Source: Sphagnum compactum
Lineage: Eukaryota
Direction: 5' to 3'
Length of the DNA stretch: 64,000 nt
Assembly (NCBI GenBank): GCA_965153455.1
Contig: OZ234493.1
Location: 6,500,213 to 6,564,212, forward strand
Shown piece after piece: positions 38,603 to 50,500 of this stretch. Below the pieces are notes generated by a model that ran no database searches, was not told the DNA's origin, and saw only the letters and a program-made list of their open reading frames with translations. Numbering within the stretch: the stretch's first letter is position 1; each line of letters begins with the position of its first letter. Position numbers and translations under genes: made by a program.

Positions 38603-40666
38603 CTAGAAGCTCCAGAGCTGAGAATCCCCGTAAGAATTAGAGTCCTCGTCGTCGCTGTTATGACCGTCTGTGTTAATGTTGTGATCGGGATGATCATTCC
38701 TCATGAATGTTATTATAGGAGGTGAAAGTCCCATTGCGTTATACATGTTTGAGAGCTGCTGCTGCTGGGCCTGCACATTCGGCATCATGTGAAAATCGGC
38801 TAAATCCGCCTCATCAACTGCATCTGTCACGATCTGTGCAACCTGCTGCTGCTGTAGCTCCGTAACAGTAGTTATATGTTTGCTCATTATTAATGGTTGA
38901 TCGCTAGGTTGAGCTGCAACTGTCGACTGCAAATCCTCTTGTCTTGTGTTTGACAACTTCTCTTTGTTGCGTTCCTCCACAGCGGAGACATGAGTAGTGG
39001 GGCCGTGGATTGGTATTCTAGTTACATATGTGACCGAGTCCGGCAGCTCTTCACTAACTAGTGTGCGTCCTGCTGCAGGCGGCATTGCCATGACATCATT
39101 TCTATGATGTGATCCTTGTAAATCCAATGTGGCATCATGTGGCAACGTTGCAAATGTATGCGAAGAACTGAACCCATGAAGTGTGTTAGCCGATACAGTC
39201 GTAGATCCAATTACCTCCGGTAGGAGCATTCTGCAACTTCTAGCAGCTGGTGCCAAGCTGCATTGTGAAACGCTTAACTGTTTTTTTCCTCTTTCCGCCT
39301 TAGGTGTCGAACGACTTCTTTCGGTTGCTGCTGTGGACCCAGCTGTGGAAGGTGTACTTGCAATGTCCCCGATCCTTGGCGGCTGGTCTCCTCGCGGGCT
39401 CATTGCAAATCTAGTGCCTTCGGCTTTTTTGGCAGAGCTTGAGCTGCTTGGAATCATAGGCACCGCTGAAGAACTGGATGCATATGACCTCCTCTCCAAA
39501 CCTGCTGGGCAGCTGAGAACGTTGCAGCTACTAAGTTTTGTGGTGTTTGCTGTCGAGGGAAACTCGAACTGTTGCGGGCGGCGTGGAGGCGAGGTGGTAA
39601 TCCTGGAGGATGAACCCACACCAGTGTTCTCGTTCGCTCGAGGCATTTCATGGGCCGGCACTGTTTTGGCCGGGCTTGCGGATCTAGGAGTCGATATTGC
39701 ACTGATGTTCGCAGCAGCTGTAGCAGCAGCTTGGATGGACTTGTCCGAGAGATCCGCAGGCCGAGGGAGCGAGGCAGCAGAGCCGGGGAAATTGAGAAGA
39801 GCTGCAGGACCCCGGAGTGCGAGGGCAGCTGCATCGTAAGCACGAGCCGCCATCTCCGCACTCGCAAATGATCCCAGCCAGATGCGCGTCTTCTTCTTTG
39901 GCCTCCGAATTTCGGTCACCCAAATGCCCCACTGGCGTCTTCGCACCCCTCTATACACCGGATGACGAGTGTCCTGCACTGCACTGCTCACCTTCCATCG
40001 CTTGGCCACCAGCTGATCTTCCGAGACATGACTCGGTGGTGAGCTACTAGCTTCAACTGCTTCACTAAGCTCTGCTGCAGCCTGCTGCATGCAGCGAGGC
40101 TCTTGCTCGCAGCTCAATACTCTAGAGTCCGAACCGGGTTCCCAAGAATGTTCGGGGCTAATCGATTGCTCACATCCCTGCAGTACAGATTGTCCTAGAC
40201 CGCCTAGGTACTCCTCTTCACTCTGGTCGGAATTTTCCCTCCTTCGACTACTCCGTCTTCCGGGCGATGGCGACTCTAGCGACATGAAAGGAGGACATGG
40301 CAGCTGCAGCTGATCATCCCCACCTCCGTGAGGTCGACATGGAAGAACCCAAGAACCTGTCAACGTGTGGCAAAGATTCCTTGGTGGCTGCAAATACGCG
40401 GATTCTCCCCATGATCCTGCTCCCTGGGTTGGGGTTGCGGCGGCCAATGAATCCGCTGCATCTCCGAGTTCCACTTCGATATGCCCTGTAAGCACGTGTT
40501 CAAGGTTGCTATGAGCCCACCCAACATAAGTCGACGGTCCTCCTGCAGATGTTTCCGCCACTTCTCCTGCTCCATCGATGATCCAGCTCGTGGCTCTCGA
40601 CAGATTGATCATGAGAGCTGCCCGGGAGCGCCGCGAGCTGGAGAGCGACGATGCTTTCTCAACCAT
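38603..40666 (-). CDS. AP2/ERF transcription factor, DREB subfamily (TINY/A-4-like), intronless, ~687 aa from the first ATG
   Basis: Single AP2 domain [60 protein letters not shown], the post-domain motif LPRPA....IQAAA..AA, and a C-terminal LWSF. The ORF track starts at a GTG (40681); the first ATG is at 40666 and the true start is uncertain. Confidence 0.92.
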   Translation of the reverse strand: MVEKASSLSSSRRSRAALMINLSRATSWIIDGAGEVAETSAGGPSTYVGWAHSNLEHVLTGHIEVELGDAADSLAAATPTQGAGSWGESAYLQPPRNLCHTLTGSWVLPCRPHGGGDDQLQLPCPPFMSLESPSPGRRSSRRRENSDQSEEEYLGGLGQSVLQGCEQSISPEHSWEPGSDSRVLSCEQEPRCMQQAAAELSEAVEASSSPPSHVSEDQLVAKRWKVSSAVQDTRHPVYRGVRRRQWGIWVTEIRRPKKKTRIWLGSFASAEMAARAYDAAALALRGPAALLNFPGSAASLPRPADLSDKSIQAAATAAANISAISTPRSASPAKTVPAHEMPRANENTGVGSSSRITTSPPRRPQQFEFPSTANTTKLSSCNVLSCPAGLERRSYASSSSAVPMIPSSSSSAKKAEGTRFAMSPRGDQPPRIGDIASTPSTAGSTAATERSRSTPKAERGKKQLSVSQCSLAPAARSCRMLLPEVIGSTTVSANTLHGFSSSHTFATLPHDATLDLQGSHHRNDVMAMPPAAGRTLVSEELPDSVTYVTRIPIHGPTTHVSAVEERNKEKLSNTRQEDLQSTVAAQPSDQPLIMSKHITTVTELQQQQVAQIVTDAVDEADLADFHMMPNVQAQQQQLSNMYNAMGLSPPIITFMRNDHPDHNINTDGHNSDDEDSNSYGDSQLWSF

Positions 40667-42867
40667 TTGGCGGCGCTGCACGTACTCGCTGCGTCACTAT
40701 CACCCACATCGTCCTGTAACGTCTTTCCTTCTACTTGCCATGAACTTACAGTGCACAACTGAAGCTACAGAAGGCTGCATGACATGACGTCTAATCTACA
40801 TTTCTGGATTCATTTCTCCAGAATGCAAAGCATTGATATAAGATCCGAAGCTGCAACTAGTTGTGGAACTACAAATCCGGATTCCCCCAATCTAGAGTGC
40901 GAGCTCCAGGATGGTCAGGTGAAAAGCAATAGGTAGTAGTATAATAATGTGCAGTTGCCCTCACCGGGGTACTAGTTACGGGCCGCAGCAGCGCAGTCTG
41001 TTACTGCCAGATCTGGGAAAAGTTTCCGACACGGCCTCTGATGAAAAGGAGGAGCTGGAGCTGCAGATGCCGTAAGGAGTGAGCAAGGGCGTGTTGTTTA
41101 TCGTTTCCTGGTTTGATCAGCGCGCGCGCGACTGAACAATACTTGTGTACGTACTGCACCAGGCTTTCTTTGTGATTGATCATCTGTCGTGAACACGTGA
41201 ATATCCTTGTCGTCAAAAGACTACTGTACCTCGTGCTTCTTCATCAAATGCCCTTTGCAGCTTCCCGCACGACATTCATGATGCCAGTTATAAGCTTGCA
41301 ACAATCATTGCAAAACGTCCATGATTATGAATTATGCTTGCAAAAAGCATGATGAGAAACTTATAAGTAATCAATCTGTCCAGAATGCAGCTCTTACATC
41401 CAGATCACCGTCACAGCAGTACTGTAGATTTCCTAATCAGGCATTCTTCTGAGCGACTACCAACAGCCGGGGAAATATCAAGGACTTACCATCTGATCTG
41501 CAAAATCTTTGACACCAGCCGCGTCGCGCAAAAGTCAAGACTCGTTCACTGACGGACGCCTGTTGTTGATTATCAAGTGATCAACAACCACATGTCTTGC
41601 AGCCATACTGTAAGAGGCAGCTCGCCGCAAGGCCTGATCTGTACGCTTATTTGCGTTCGATGTGAGGACTGGTCCAGTCCTTCAGTCAGCTCTGGACCGC
41701 CCTGCAGCTTGATGGGTTCTGCGTCCAATATTGAGGAGTCCCAGGCGAGCTGCACTTATCGTCCTCTGCTACTCTGCAGGTTGTTGCATGATTCAGATTG
41801 TGTTACTTCTTCTTTAGGCATTTTTTTCTGCATCGCCCAACGGCAGCTGTTGCAAGCAGAGACATAAACTGTGCTGCATTAGCTCTAGCTTTTACAACTA
41901 GGAGCCGGATGTCCGTGTTGCTAGAGAAGGATTAATGGACTGCTGAAGTGTGGATACCTCAGCTGCAGTAACTGACAGAGCTCCCCGCGAGATTCCGAGG
42001 TCTTTTAAAAGACCTGGCATGTCGATCAACACCGCGAGATAATATATAGAGAGGCATGTTCAACAAAAGGAGGTGTTGCTCGAGCAGCAAAGTTGCACCC
42101 AAGTCTTTGAGCGAAGCTTAGCCAGGAAGAAACCTACAGGTGGCTCACTAGGGATTGATCAATACCAGTAGAGAATTACAAGGACGTGGAAATTATTCTC
42201 GTTCTAGCCAGCTCTTCAAGATCACGAATTTGAGCTCCGCCAACAGTACATGAGCTTCTTGACCTCCATTTTCTGCCGGGCCTTGTCCACTGAACACATT
42301 CATGAGCACTTATAATTTCCTGCTAGCTGCAGGCACCCAACCTCAAATCGACAACGACGCCTCCAAGCGGATTTTCGTCAAACTATGATAAAATTCGAGT
42401 GTTAAAGCACATGCAGCTGTAAGTTCTTCACCAGATATAGAAGGCACAAAAGCTAGCTAGGTCGACACGAGTATAGCCTCCATTTCCATTCATCTAGCGG
42501 ATGCTAGACATTGGAGAAAAAAAACTGTGGATTCAACCGAAATGATGTGCAACAGTTTCCAGCAGTTTTAAACAGAAAAAAAGCTCTCTAGGCACATGAA
42601 CCTTGGAGTATTATTGCTCAAATTTTTGCTCGTTAGCTGGAGCTTTGCACTGATACTTGTTAACGGCTGTTTGACCCTATCCAACTGTTCAAACCCAACC
42701 AAGCCAAGCAAAACAAACAAGAAGAATGGGCAAAACACCGACATCGATCCATCTTGATCCTCTCTCTCTCTCCCTCAGAAAAAGCTCCTCGAAAAGCCGC
42801 AAACTAGAAAACAGAGAAACACAGAAAAACAAACAAACTGGCATAACCATGACACCACTACTACCTA

Positions 42868-43661
42868 CTACTACAACAAAATTAGTACGTAATTCTCCTG
42901 ATTAGTGTGCTACTAATCCCCACTGGAATTATTAGTACTAATCTTCTCCACTGGGATTTATTAGTGACAAGAAAACAAACTAACATGATAGCACTGACTG
43001 ACTAATGAATCTACTCTCATGGAAGCAGCTCTTAGCTGTTATTCCAACATCTGAAACAGCACTTACTTTTTTAGTGAATTTTAATGGCCCAGCGTTTTTA
43101 GCTCCTTCCTAATAACTGTTTGTCAGCTCCCTCCTCCGAGTCCTCACCGGTAGCTGTGACAGTTAACTTCTGAGTTACCCCACATTTATTATTGGCTCTG
43201 CCTGTAACTTAAGGGAGACACTATTGAACCATGTAGGTAGATTTCATTTGGTCCCATATTTTGAGGAATGTTCACCAGTTCGACATTGTTTTTAAAACTG
43301 TTGTTGGTTTTGAACTTGCCATAAATGGTAGTCTAGAGCTATTACCCTTTGAGCCACTTGTTAATTAGTTACGTGCAAAGGAGGGTCATAAATAAGTATT
43401 CGATCTTACAACAACTTGGGGACCTCCAAAAACTAATATTAAAAATATGGTTTATCCTTACAGTTAGGTCAAGAAATTCTTAATATAATGGCCCAGACTT
43501 TCTTGATAGACTACTTCAGTAAATTGGGTCTACTTTATCCCTCAACTCACTATGCCCACCTTCAATGGTGGATCCCGCTCTTGAAAAATGAATTAGATTA
43601 TAAGATCATATTAGTTGCGTATACTAGTGACGAGAATTACGTACTAATTTTGTTGTAGTAG
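42868..43661. repeat. 30-bp perfect inverted repeat pair (42868-42897 and 43632-43661)
   Basis: CTACTACAACAAAATTAGTACGTAATTCTC and its exact reverse complement, 734 bp apart. Confidence 0.88.
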
Positions 43662-44712
43662 GTAGTCGACCACATCAACCACAAGCGACTTGGAAAAGCC
43701 TGGAATATCCACAAAGGCCGCAACAGTTTCGGAGTTGGGATCCTTGGGTCTCATTAGGTCTCAAAGGGGTTGGAAAACCTAAAGACAATATAGTATTAAA
43801 GTAGCTAAAAGGTACACAAAAGCAAGTTCACCCGTGTGTGCACACAAATGTTATACAAGCACTCACTCAACTTCATTCCATAAAGGGCTTCCTTCTATTC
43901 CTTTGACAAGAAATAGGAAATTGACATAAAAGTTTTAAGTTTCTTTCAAAGATGCTCGGTCAAACTTCGAAAACAAGATCGATTTACATACAAGTTGATC
44001 CAACGGAACGTGTTGTTGGTAGGCCAAAACTATGGATGGGTCATGGGGGTCATATGGTGGCCAAAGCGGGTGATGAGTACTTCTAGATCTCCAAAACAAG
44101 TTGTGGTTGACCCTCATCCACAACAAGTTGCTAGAATGAAGATCAGTTCCACACTACTATTTGCACACCACACACAAGTGTGCATGGGAGACATTTACTT
44201 TGCCACTTGACCCTGATTGAATGGGTCCATCTTATAAGAGTGCTATTATCTGTATTGTCGTGCACTCCAAAATACGTTCACAACTTGATTGTGTATCATT
44301 GGGAGTGAACCTCCTTCAAGGAAGTAGAAATTAAACCCCTTTTACTGAGAATAGGTTGTGAAGAAACCAGGAGTGAGGAGCGTCCACAGAATGGGCTCCT
44401 CCTTTGACCGAAAGCTCTCATGATGTACCCAGGTGCTAACAAATACGCCTTCCAATTTAGCTTGAGTGCTTAGAATGGAGAGAAACAGCCTTTTTTTCTG
44501 GTCAACTGGTCCAAAATTGTACCCACAAAAGTTAAAAGAAGATTATTCTTGCACAGATTCTTGAAATTTTCGCCAAATTTTTCATTGTTTTGAGAGTTTC
44601 AATAACTTATCTTCATCAATGCTAAATCCTTTTTAGAACTAGTGCTCCATCACCAAAATGAAAAGAAAGGGGGGGAGGAGGCGCTGGGGAGAAGGCTAGA
44701 AGAAGGCCTTAC

Positions 44713-45001
44713 CGGTGTTTCTTTTACTGGCAAATTTTTGCCAAATTTCGACCTGAAAAATATGATTTCAAGGTGTACAAAGGATTTCTCATGGAAAAAA
44801 TGACCGAAATACGCCAGATTTTCAAGAACTCGTTTTTCAAATCGCCATATTCTTATGAGAAGTTCCAGTAGGTAATCAAGAATATAAAAGGATTCTGCTT
44901 TTTTTCTACTTTCATATCTAGCATGTAGCCAAATTTGGTTAAATTATTTTGTGAAGGATCACGAATTTGGCTACATCACAAAATCTTTTAAAGAAACCCT
45001 G
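44713..45001. mobile_element. hAT-type MITE (289 bp)
   Basis: Exact 8-bp TSD GGCCTTAC (44705-44712, 45002-45009) and imperfect TIR CGGTGTTTCTTT/AAAGAAACCCTG (10/12). Confidence 0.85.
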
Positions 45002-45253
45002 GGCCTTACTACTATCTAGTTCAAATGTCAAAAACATAAAACTTATTGTTGATTTGACCTTGTTTAAGATTACCACGCATTACTGAACTCACCTTTCCAA
45101 GATAGTTTGAATTTTGGGCGCACATAAATCGCACTTCATTGACTTGGGAATTGTTTTAAAAATGGTGAAGGCACACCGGGTACTAGCGTAGTTAATTTTA
45201 GGTAATCATAAGGAGATTTTTAAAAACTATTCTACAATTGAATAGACAGAGAT

Positions 45254-45360
45254 GCAAAATCTCCTCCACAACAGAAAGAAGGAGCAAAATATCCTTCACA
45301 AAAGGAAGAAGGAGCGCCTGCAAAATGAGCAAAATCTCCTCCACAACAGAAAGAAGGAGC
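45254..45360. repeat. 30-bp minisatellite, 3 copies
   Basis: gcaaaatctcctccacaacagaaagaagga occurs twice exactly, with one variant copy between. Confidence 0.85.
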
Positions 45361-46039
45361 AGCGATCTCTTAGATCCCAGACGGCAACAAAAACAGGGCG
45401 AGGCCAGGAAAGCGCGGGAGAGACACACAGAGACAAGAGAAAGATGAAACGCTGGCAAACGCAACTGGTAAACGACAACAGCGCAGGAAGAGCAACTCAG
45501 GGTTCAAACCAGTATAGAGCGGTTCTCACTTTTCATGAGAACCGCCGGTTCCGGTTCTTTTAGAGGTTAGAGAAAACCACCCTGCTTGTTTTTTAAATTT
45601 CAGATTATTTTTTAATAATCGCCCCGGTTTTTGGAAATTCCAGGAAAATGAAACTTTGTGGTTTTTAGGGTAACCAGTTTTCACAAGTTTTTGAACAGCT
45701 GGTTTTCAAAGGCAGTTCTTGCAAAACGGTTATCACAATTATTATTTCAAAACAAAAAGCAAATTTACAGCTTTAAAAATGATTATTTTAATAAATAAAA
45801 TCCACAAAAGAAGCACAATTTTCAATCTCTTTCACTTTGAAATCTCTCTCATTCATCATTCACAGTTTTCAATTTCTTCTTTTTCACATTCTTTTTCAAA
45901 TTCCTCCAATTCCTCAAAGTTCTATTCCCTCTCTATAAACTCTACCAAGCCAAATGCCTTCTAAACTCTACCAAGGTAGATGCCTCCTTACAACCTACTC
46001 TAAGATCGTTCAACCAGTTTCTACTACCAAAAATAAGCT

Positions 46040-46530
46040 TCTTTAAGTTTTCTAAATTACAAACAACATCTTCTAAGGTTTATTAAAATTCTAGCAAGCG
46101 AAAAAATATGGTCCATCTCTATTTGAAAACCTACAAGTCAAGTGTTTGCCTTGCTAAAAGCCCTACAACTAGAAACCTAGAATAATGATTTTCCCACCAT
46201 AACAAGGCTCTTAATGTTCTTCACATCTACATGAAATCTCCAAAATCTAAGAACTCTTTAATCACCAACTCTTTTGTAAGCTCGCTATTGCTAGTGGTCA
46301 TTTGGAAGATGTTTAAACTACAATCATCATCTTTGTGATCTGCAACATCACCAAATTCACTTTTTCTCACAGGATGTAAGTAATGGTAACACTTCAAAAG
46401 CATAGGATATAATGCTTCCACATCATATTTTTCCACAATAAACACTCCTTGCTCATGCCCAACATAAGAAGACACAAGACAAAGACCCTTAAACCTTGGG
46501 TCTAAAGCAAGGAGAACATGTTATGAGTTT
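46040..46530 (-). mobile_element. hAT transposase C-terminal (dimerisation region) relic
   Basis: DPRFKGLCLVSSYVG...LYPMLLKCYHYLHP...LARQTL...QIEMDHIFSLA.IL.NLRRC, with stops and frameshifts. A possible terminus CAGGGTTC at 45498 has aaccg/cggtt subterminal motifs; the other end was not found. Confidence 0.7.
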
Positions 46531-47093
46531 TTTTTTCTTCATAGCTTCTTAAGAATGTAAGAAAAGAGTCAAAAATCCCAACATTTTTTCTGATATTAGA
46601 AGTTAACAAAATCAACTTAAGGGTAACTCTTCCATCATCATCCATTATAAGGTCAAAGGTTGGTTGTATTATTGCTTCTTACCTCAATGTCCTTAGACTC
46701 AAGGTTATAGAAAAATTTAGGGCATTAAACAACAACCAATGACCACCTAACTAATTCAAAACATGAGCAATCACAACAAGTCCTAAACAGTTAACAATTT
46801 TCTAACATACGAATGAAAACACAATTAAAAAAACCAAAGGTGCCAAGGTAAACGTCCTTTTCCAAGGATTACACATGACCCATGTTGTTTTTGTGTTGGT
46901 TTACAAGTTAAATTTTGTATTTTGGGTACCCCATTTAACACAACATTTTAGATATAAATGCATTTTGACTACAAATTGATTTTATATCATATATATTATG
47001 CATTCATGCCCTTTATCACATAATTATGAACAACTTTTGTTAAATGGACATTTTCAAAATCCATAATTTTCAAGGTCACAAGCACTTTTGAAC

Positions 47094-47565
47094 CAAGGTT
47101 GTCATCACGTCCATGCATCTGTCACGACATAACGGATGCATCTAGACATAGACAACCCTATGTCACATCAGTATAGGGTCAGCCTAGGTCAACCTAGGGT
47201 CAACCCAAATCAAAAACATTATGGGGTTACCCAAGGCAAACTTATGGGCAACCAAAACTAGACCCATTTCGATTGCCATAAACCCAGAAAGTGCACCATA
47301 GAGAGAGGCGACCAAAAATTTTCATTCACCACAAAGCGCACCACAAAATAGGTGACCAAAATTTTTTAGTTGTCGCAGGCTTGGCGACCCAAAATTTTTG
47401 GTCATCGCAAAATTAGCGATTAAAATCCATTTTCAGTCACCATTTGTAACAAGGGTTACTTGAGTGTTAATAAAAAATTTCATGCATTCATCTTAACAGA
47501 TGTGATGGACACCGACATGACGCCCGATGCAAAATGACTATGTCACATTTGTTTTGACAACCTTG
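47094..47565. mobile_element. hAT MITE (472 bp), short member of the same family as 16698-18978
   Basis: TIR CAAGGTTGTCA/TGACAACCTTG and exact 8-bp TSD TTTTGAAC. Both ~200-bp ends align with the 2.28-kb element. Confidence 0.9.
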
Positions 47566-50500
47566 TTTTGAACCAAATGTGTTCAAAAGGGTTATTTTTA
47601 AAAAATTCATTAATTCAAGTCTTTTTGCCCTTCTAATCATTAATGTTGAGATCCTCTCCAATTTTCAGAAGGAATGGTGCACATTTGGTAGAAAAACAAA
47701 GACGTTTAAAAAGACAAGGATTGTCCATTCTTGAGGTTTAAGTGCTTTAAACATGTAAAAACATTTTTGATTTGTATCAAAATTTGAGCATGTATACTTT
47801 GCAATTAATAGAAAATATTGAAAGTGCAGTTTAATTTACGTAAAAACTAACATTGTTTTTATTGGTGTATTTAACTTTTTGGGGCATATTCCAACATCCA
47901 TACATGTCTCGTTCCACTTTCATTTGCCTTTATCCCCAAGGGGGACATTTGGTGTAAAGTTTGGGATCTATGTGTGTCAAATGACCATTTTTAGGGGGGG
48001 TAATTAAATAATTGTCCAACTTATTTTTTGTTACCCTATTTTTATCTAATTTTCTAATATATACATATTAAAGTCACCATATATTAATTATAATCCATTA
48101 TTTCATACCTTATATTATAATAAAATGGATTACTTGAATAAAATGTACCTTATTTTTAAACTAATTAACTTATATTTTTACCCAATAACCAATATTAAAA
48201 TATAATTTTTAACTTATATTTTTACTCATGTATATTTTACTAATGTCCCCCCAAAATCGTAGAATTGAAAATAAGTCTCGAAATCACATCTAGATACTAC
48301 ATGGTGTATGCAAAATGGTAATCAAAATCACTGGTAATGTTTTGAATACTAATTACAAAATAAATTATTATGTCAATTGCATTAATTGTCATGATGTACC
48401 CGCACCATGAATGTAAATTGTTTAGCTTTTATTTTATCATAGTCACAGTTGGAAAAAAATGTTGACCACATCCATGGTCTAAATACTTTGGATGAATATT
48501 ATAGTGTAAATGAATTACATTGTGACTAAAAGAAACTAAACTACATGAAAATGCAATTGGTTGCAGAAATGAAGTTGATTACATGAATGAATTTTGACAA
48601 CATGGATGAAATTAATTACAAGTGTACAATTAAAAATACATGAATGATAGATGAATCATGACACAAAATATATCACATGAATGGATCTATGTTTGTGAAA
48701 TCTTCCACATGGATTCATGGATGAAAATGAAATGTACAAATGGTTTCATGACAAATTTGCCATGTGGATAATATTACATTTGAATGGATCTGAAAATGAC
48801 CATCAAGCCTAAGTCCATAACATTTATTAGACATAAAAACATGGACATGCACAAGAAAATGAAATGTTGTATGCAAAGATGTTGCCAAATTCTTTTTACA
48901 TACAATGTCAGAAACCTTGGAACATGAAACAAAGTGGGCAAAACTATGTTGTGAAGTCATACTTGAAAGTAGTGTTGAATAGAAAAAAAATAATGAAAAA
49001 AACTTTCATTTGTACTTGTTTAGGATCCATTAACTCAAATGACCTATTGTAAGGTCTATCTTCTATATGAACCTTGTTGTAAACCTCAAAACTATTCATT
49101 ATAACTTAAAAGTGAACAATGATGGATGAAGTACACCATATTAGATGAAAATGGATAACAAGGGATGAACTTCAATTCACAAGTGACAAGTTAAGATATG
49201 AGGACTATCACACATGGAATCATATTTCTTTTTAAACTAATTATAAAACTCCTAACTAATACATGTTTTACTTTATCAATGTGAAGGGGTTCCTAAATAT
49301 CCTCCAAGATAATCATGGCACACATTCCACGTAACCATTGATAAGATGATATAAAAGTAATATACACCAAAAAATTATAATAATTTATCTGAAATTGTTT
49401 AAATTGTTTTTGTGAGGACGCCTTACTAAGTTGTTGAAGGCCTGACTCATACAGCACCTAATATATAGAAAATAACTTACAATTTAATTTTATGATTTGA
49501 ATTTTTTTGAATATTGAATAGAAGAAATATGGATACCATTAAAACTAATCATTTTTCTTCTTTCAAAATCATGTAAATTGATTGGAAGGGGTCAATATCC
49601 AATTATGACTTCTTTACAATAATTTACAATTTGCACAACCTTAAACCCCAAAAATGTTTTTGACAAATGTTTTGATGATTATTTATTTACTATGATTATG
49701 AATACATTGAAATTAAAAATTACATGTATATATATCCCACCTTCCCTTGTAAAGATTTTATGTGATTCCCATGGGGTTTGAACATTTTGTCCTTAGTTAA
49801 GTTAATTGGCACTTAGTTTTTTAATATCATGTATTCCATTTTAAAAATTTAACTACTTTTGGCTTTTCTTGTATTTTGTATCTCTTTGGGGTGATGGGGA
49901 AAATTTTTATACAAAACTTGTTGATTATAGATGAAACAACTAAAACATTGTTAATAACCTAACTTTTTTTGGTCGTAATCATTATCCTTATGATAACATA
50001 GTGACAATAGTGTTGGTATCTAGGTAATTTAACAATTTATAAACTTATAACCCAAATATAAGCATGTTATCTAAAAAGAACATTCTGATGAGCCTTTTCT
50101 TTGCTACTTTTTTTAGCAATTTTTTAATTTATTTTTGTGAAAACTTGCAAAATCATTGACATGTTGACCTTGATTCATTAAAATTCATTATCTACAAGCA
50201 TTGAATAGGCTCCATATTGTGTGCTACATCTATTTTGAAAATGTGATTTCTATTTCAATATAAATATATAATCACATCCAAATGATGAACATTGTCAAAC
50301 TACCTTTGATATGACTTTGCAATTCATTAAAGATATTGTATTATGATTCAAAAAAAAATTATAACTCTAATTTATTGGCACATGCATTAGTAGGTGATCT
50401 TTAAGTTGGGAAATAAAATTTCATATAAACTCAAGTAACAAAAGTTTACATGGGTTTTGATTCAGATGGGTGTTTGTTTGCTTGAGTAGACCAAAAATAT

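Noticed and set aside
39183..39839. 218-aa plus-strand ORF and other ORFs overlapping the DREB gene
   Set aside because: Antisense or alternate-frame shadows of a GC-rich coding exon, with no recognisable motifs.
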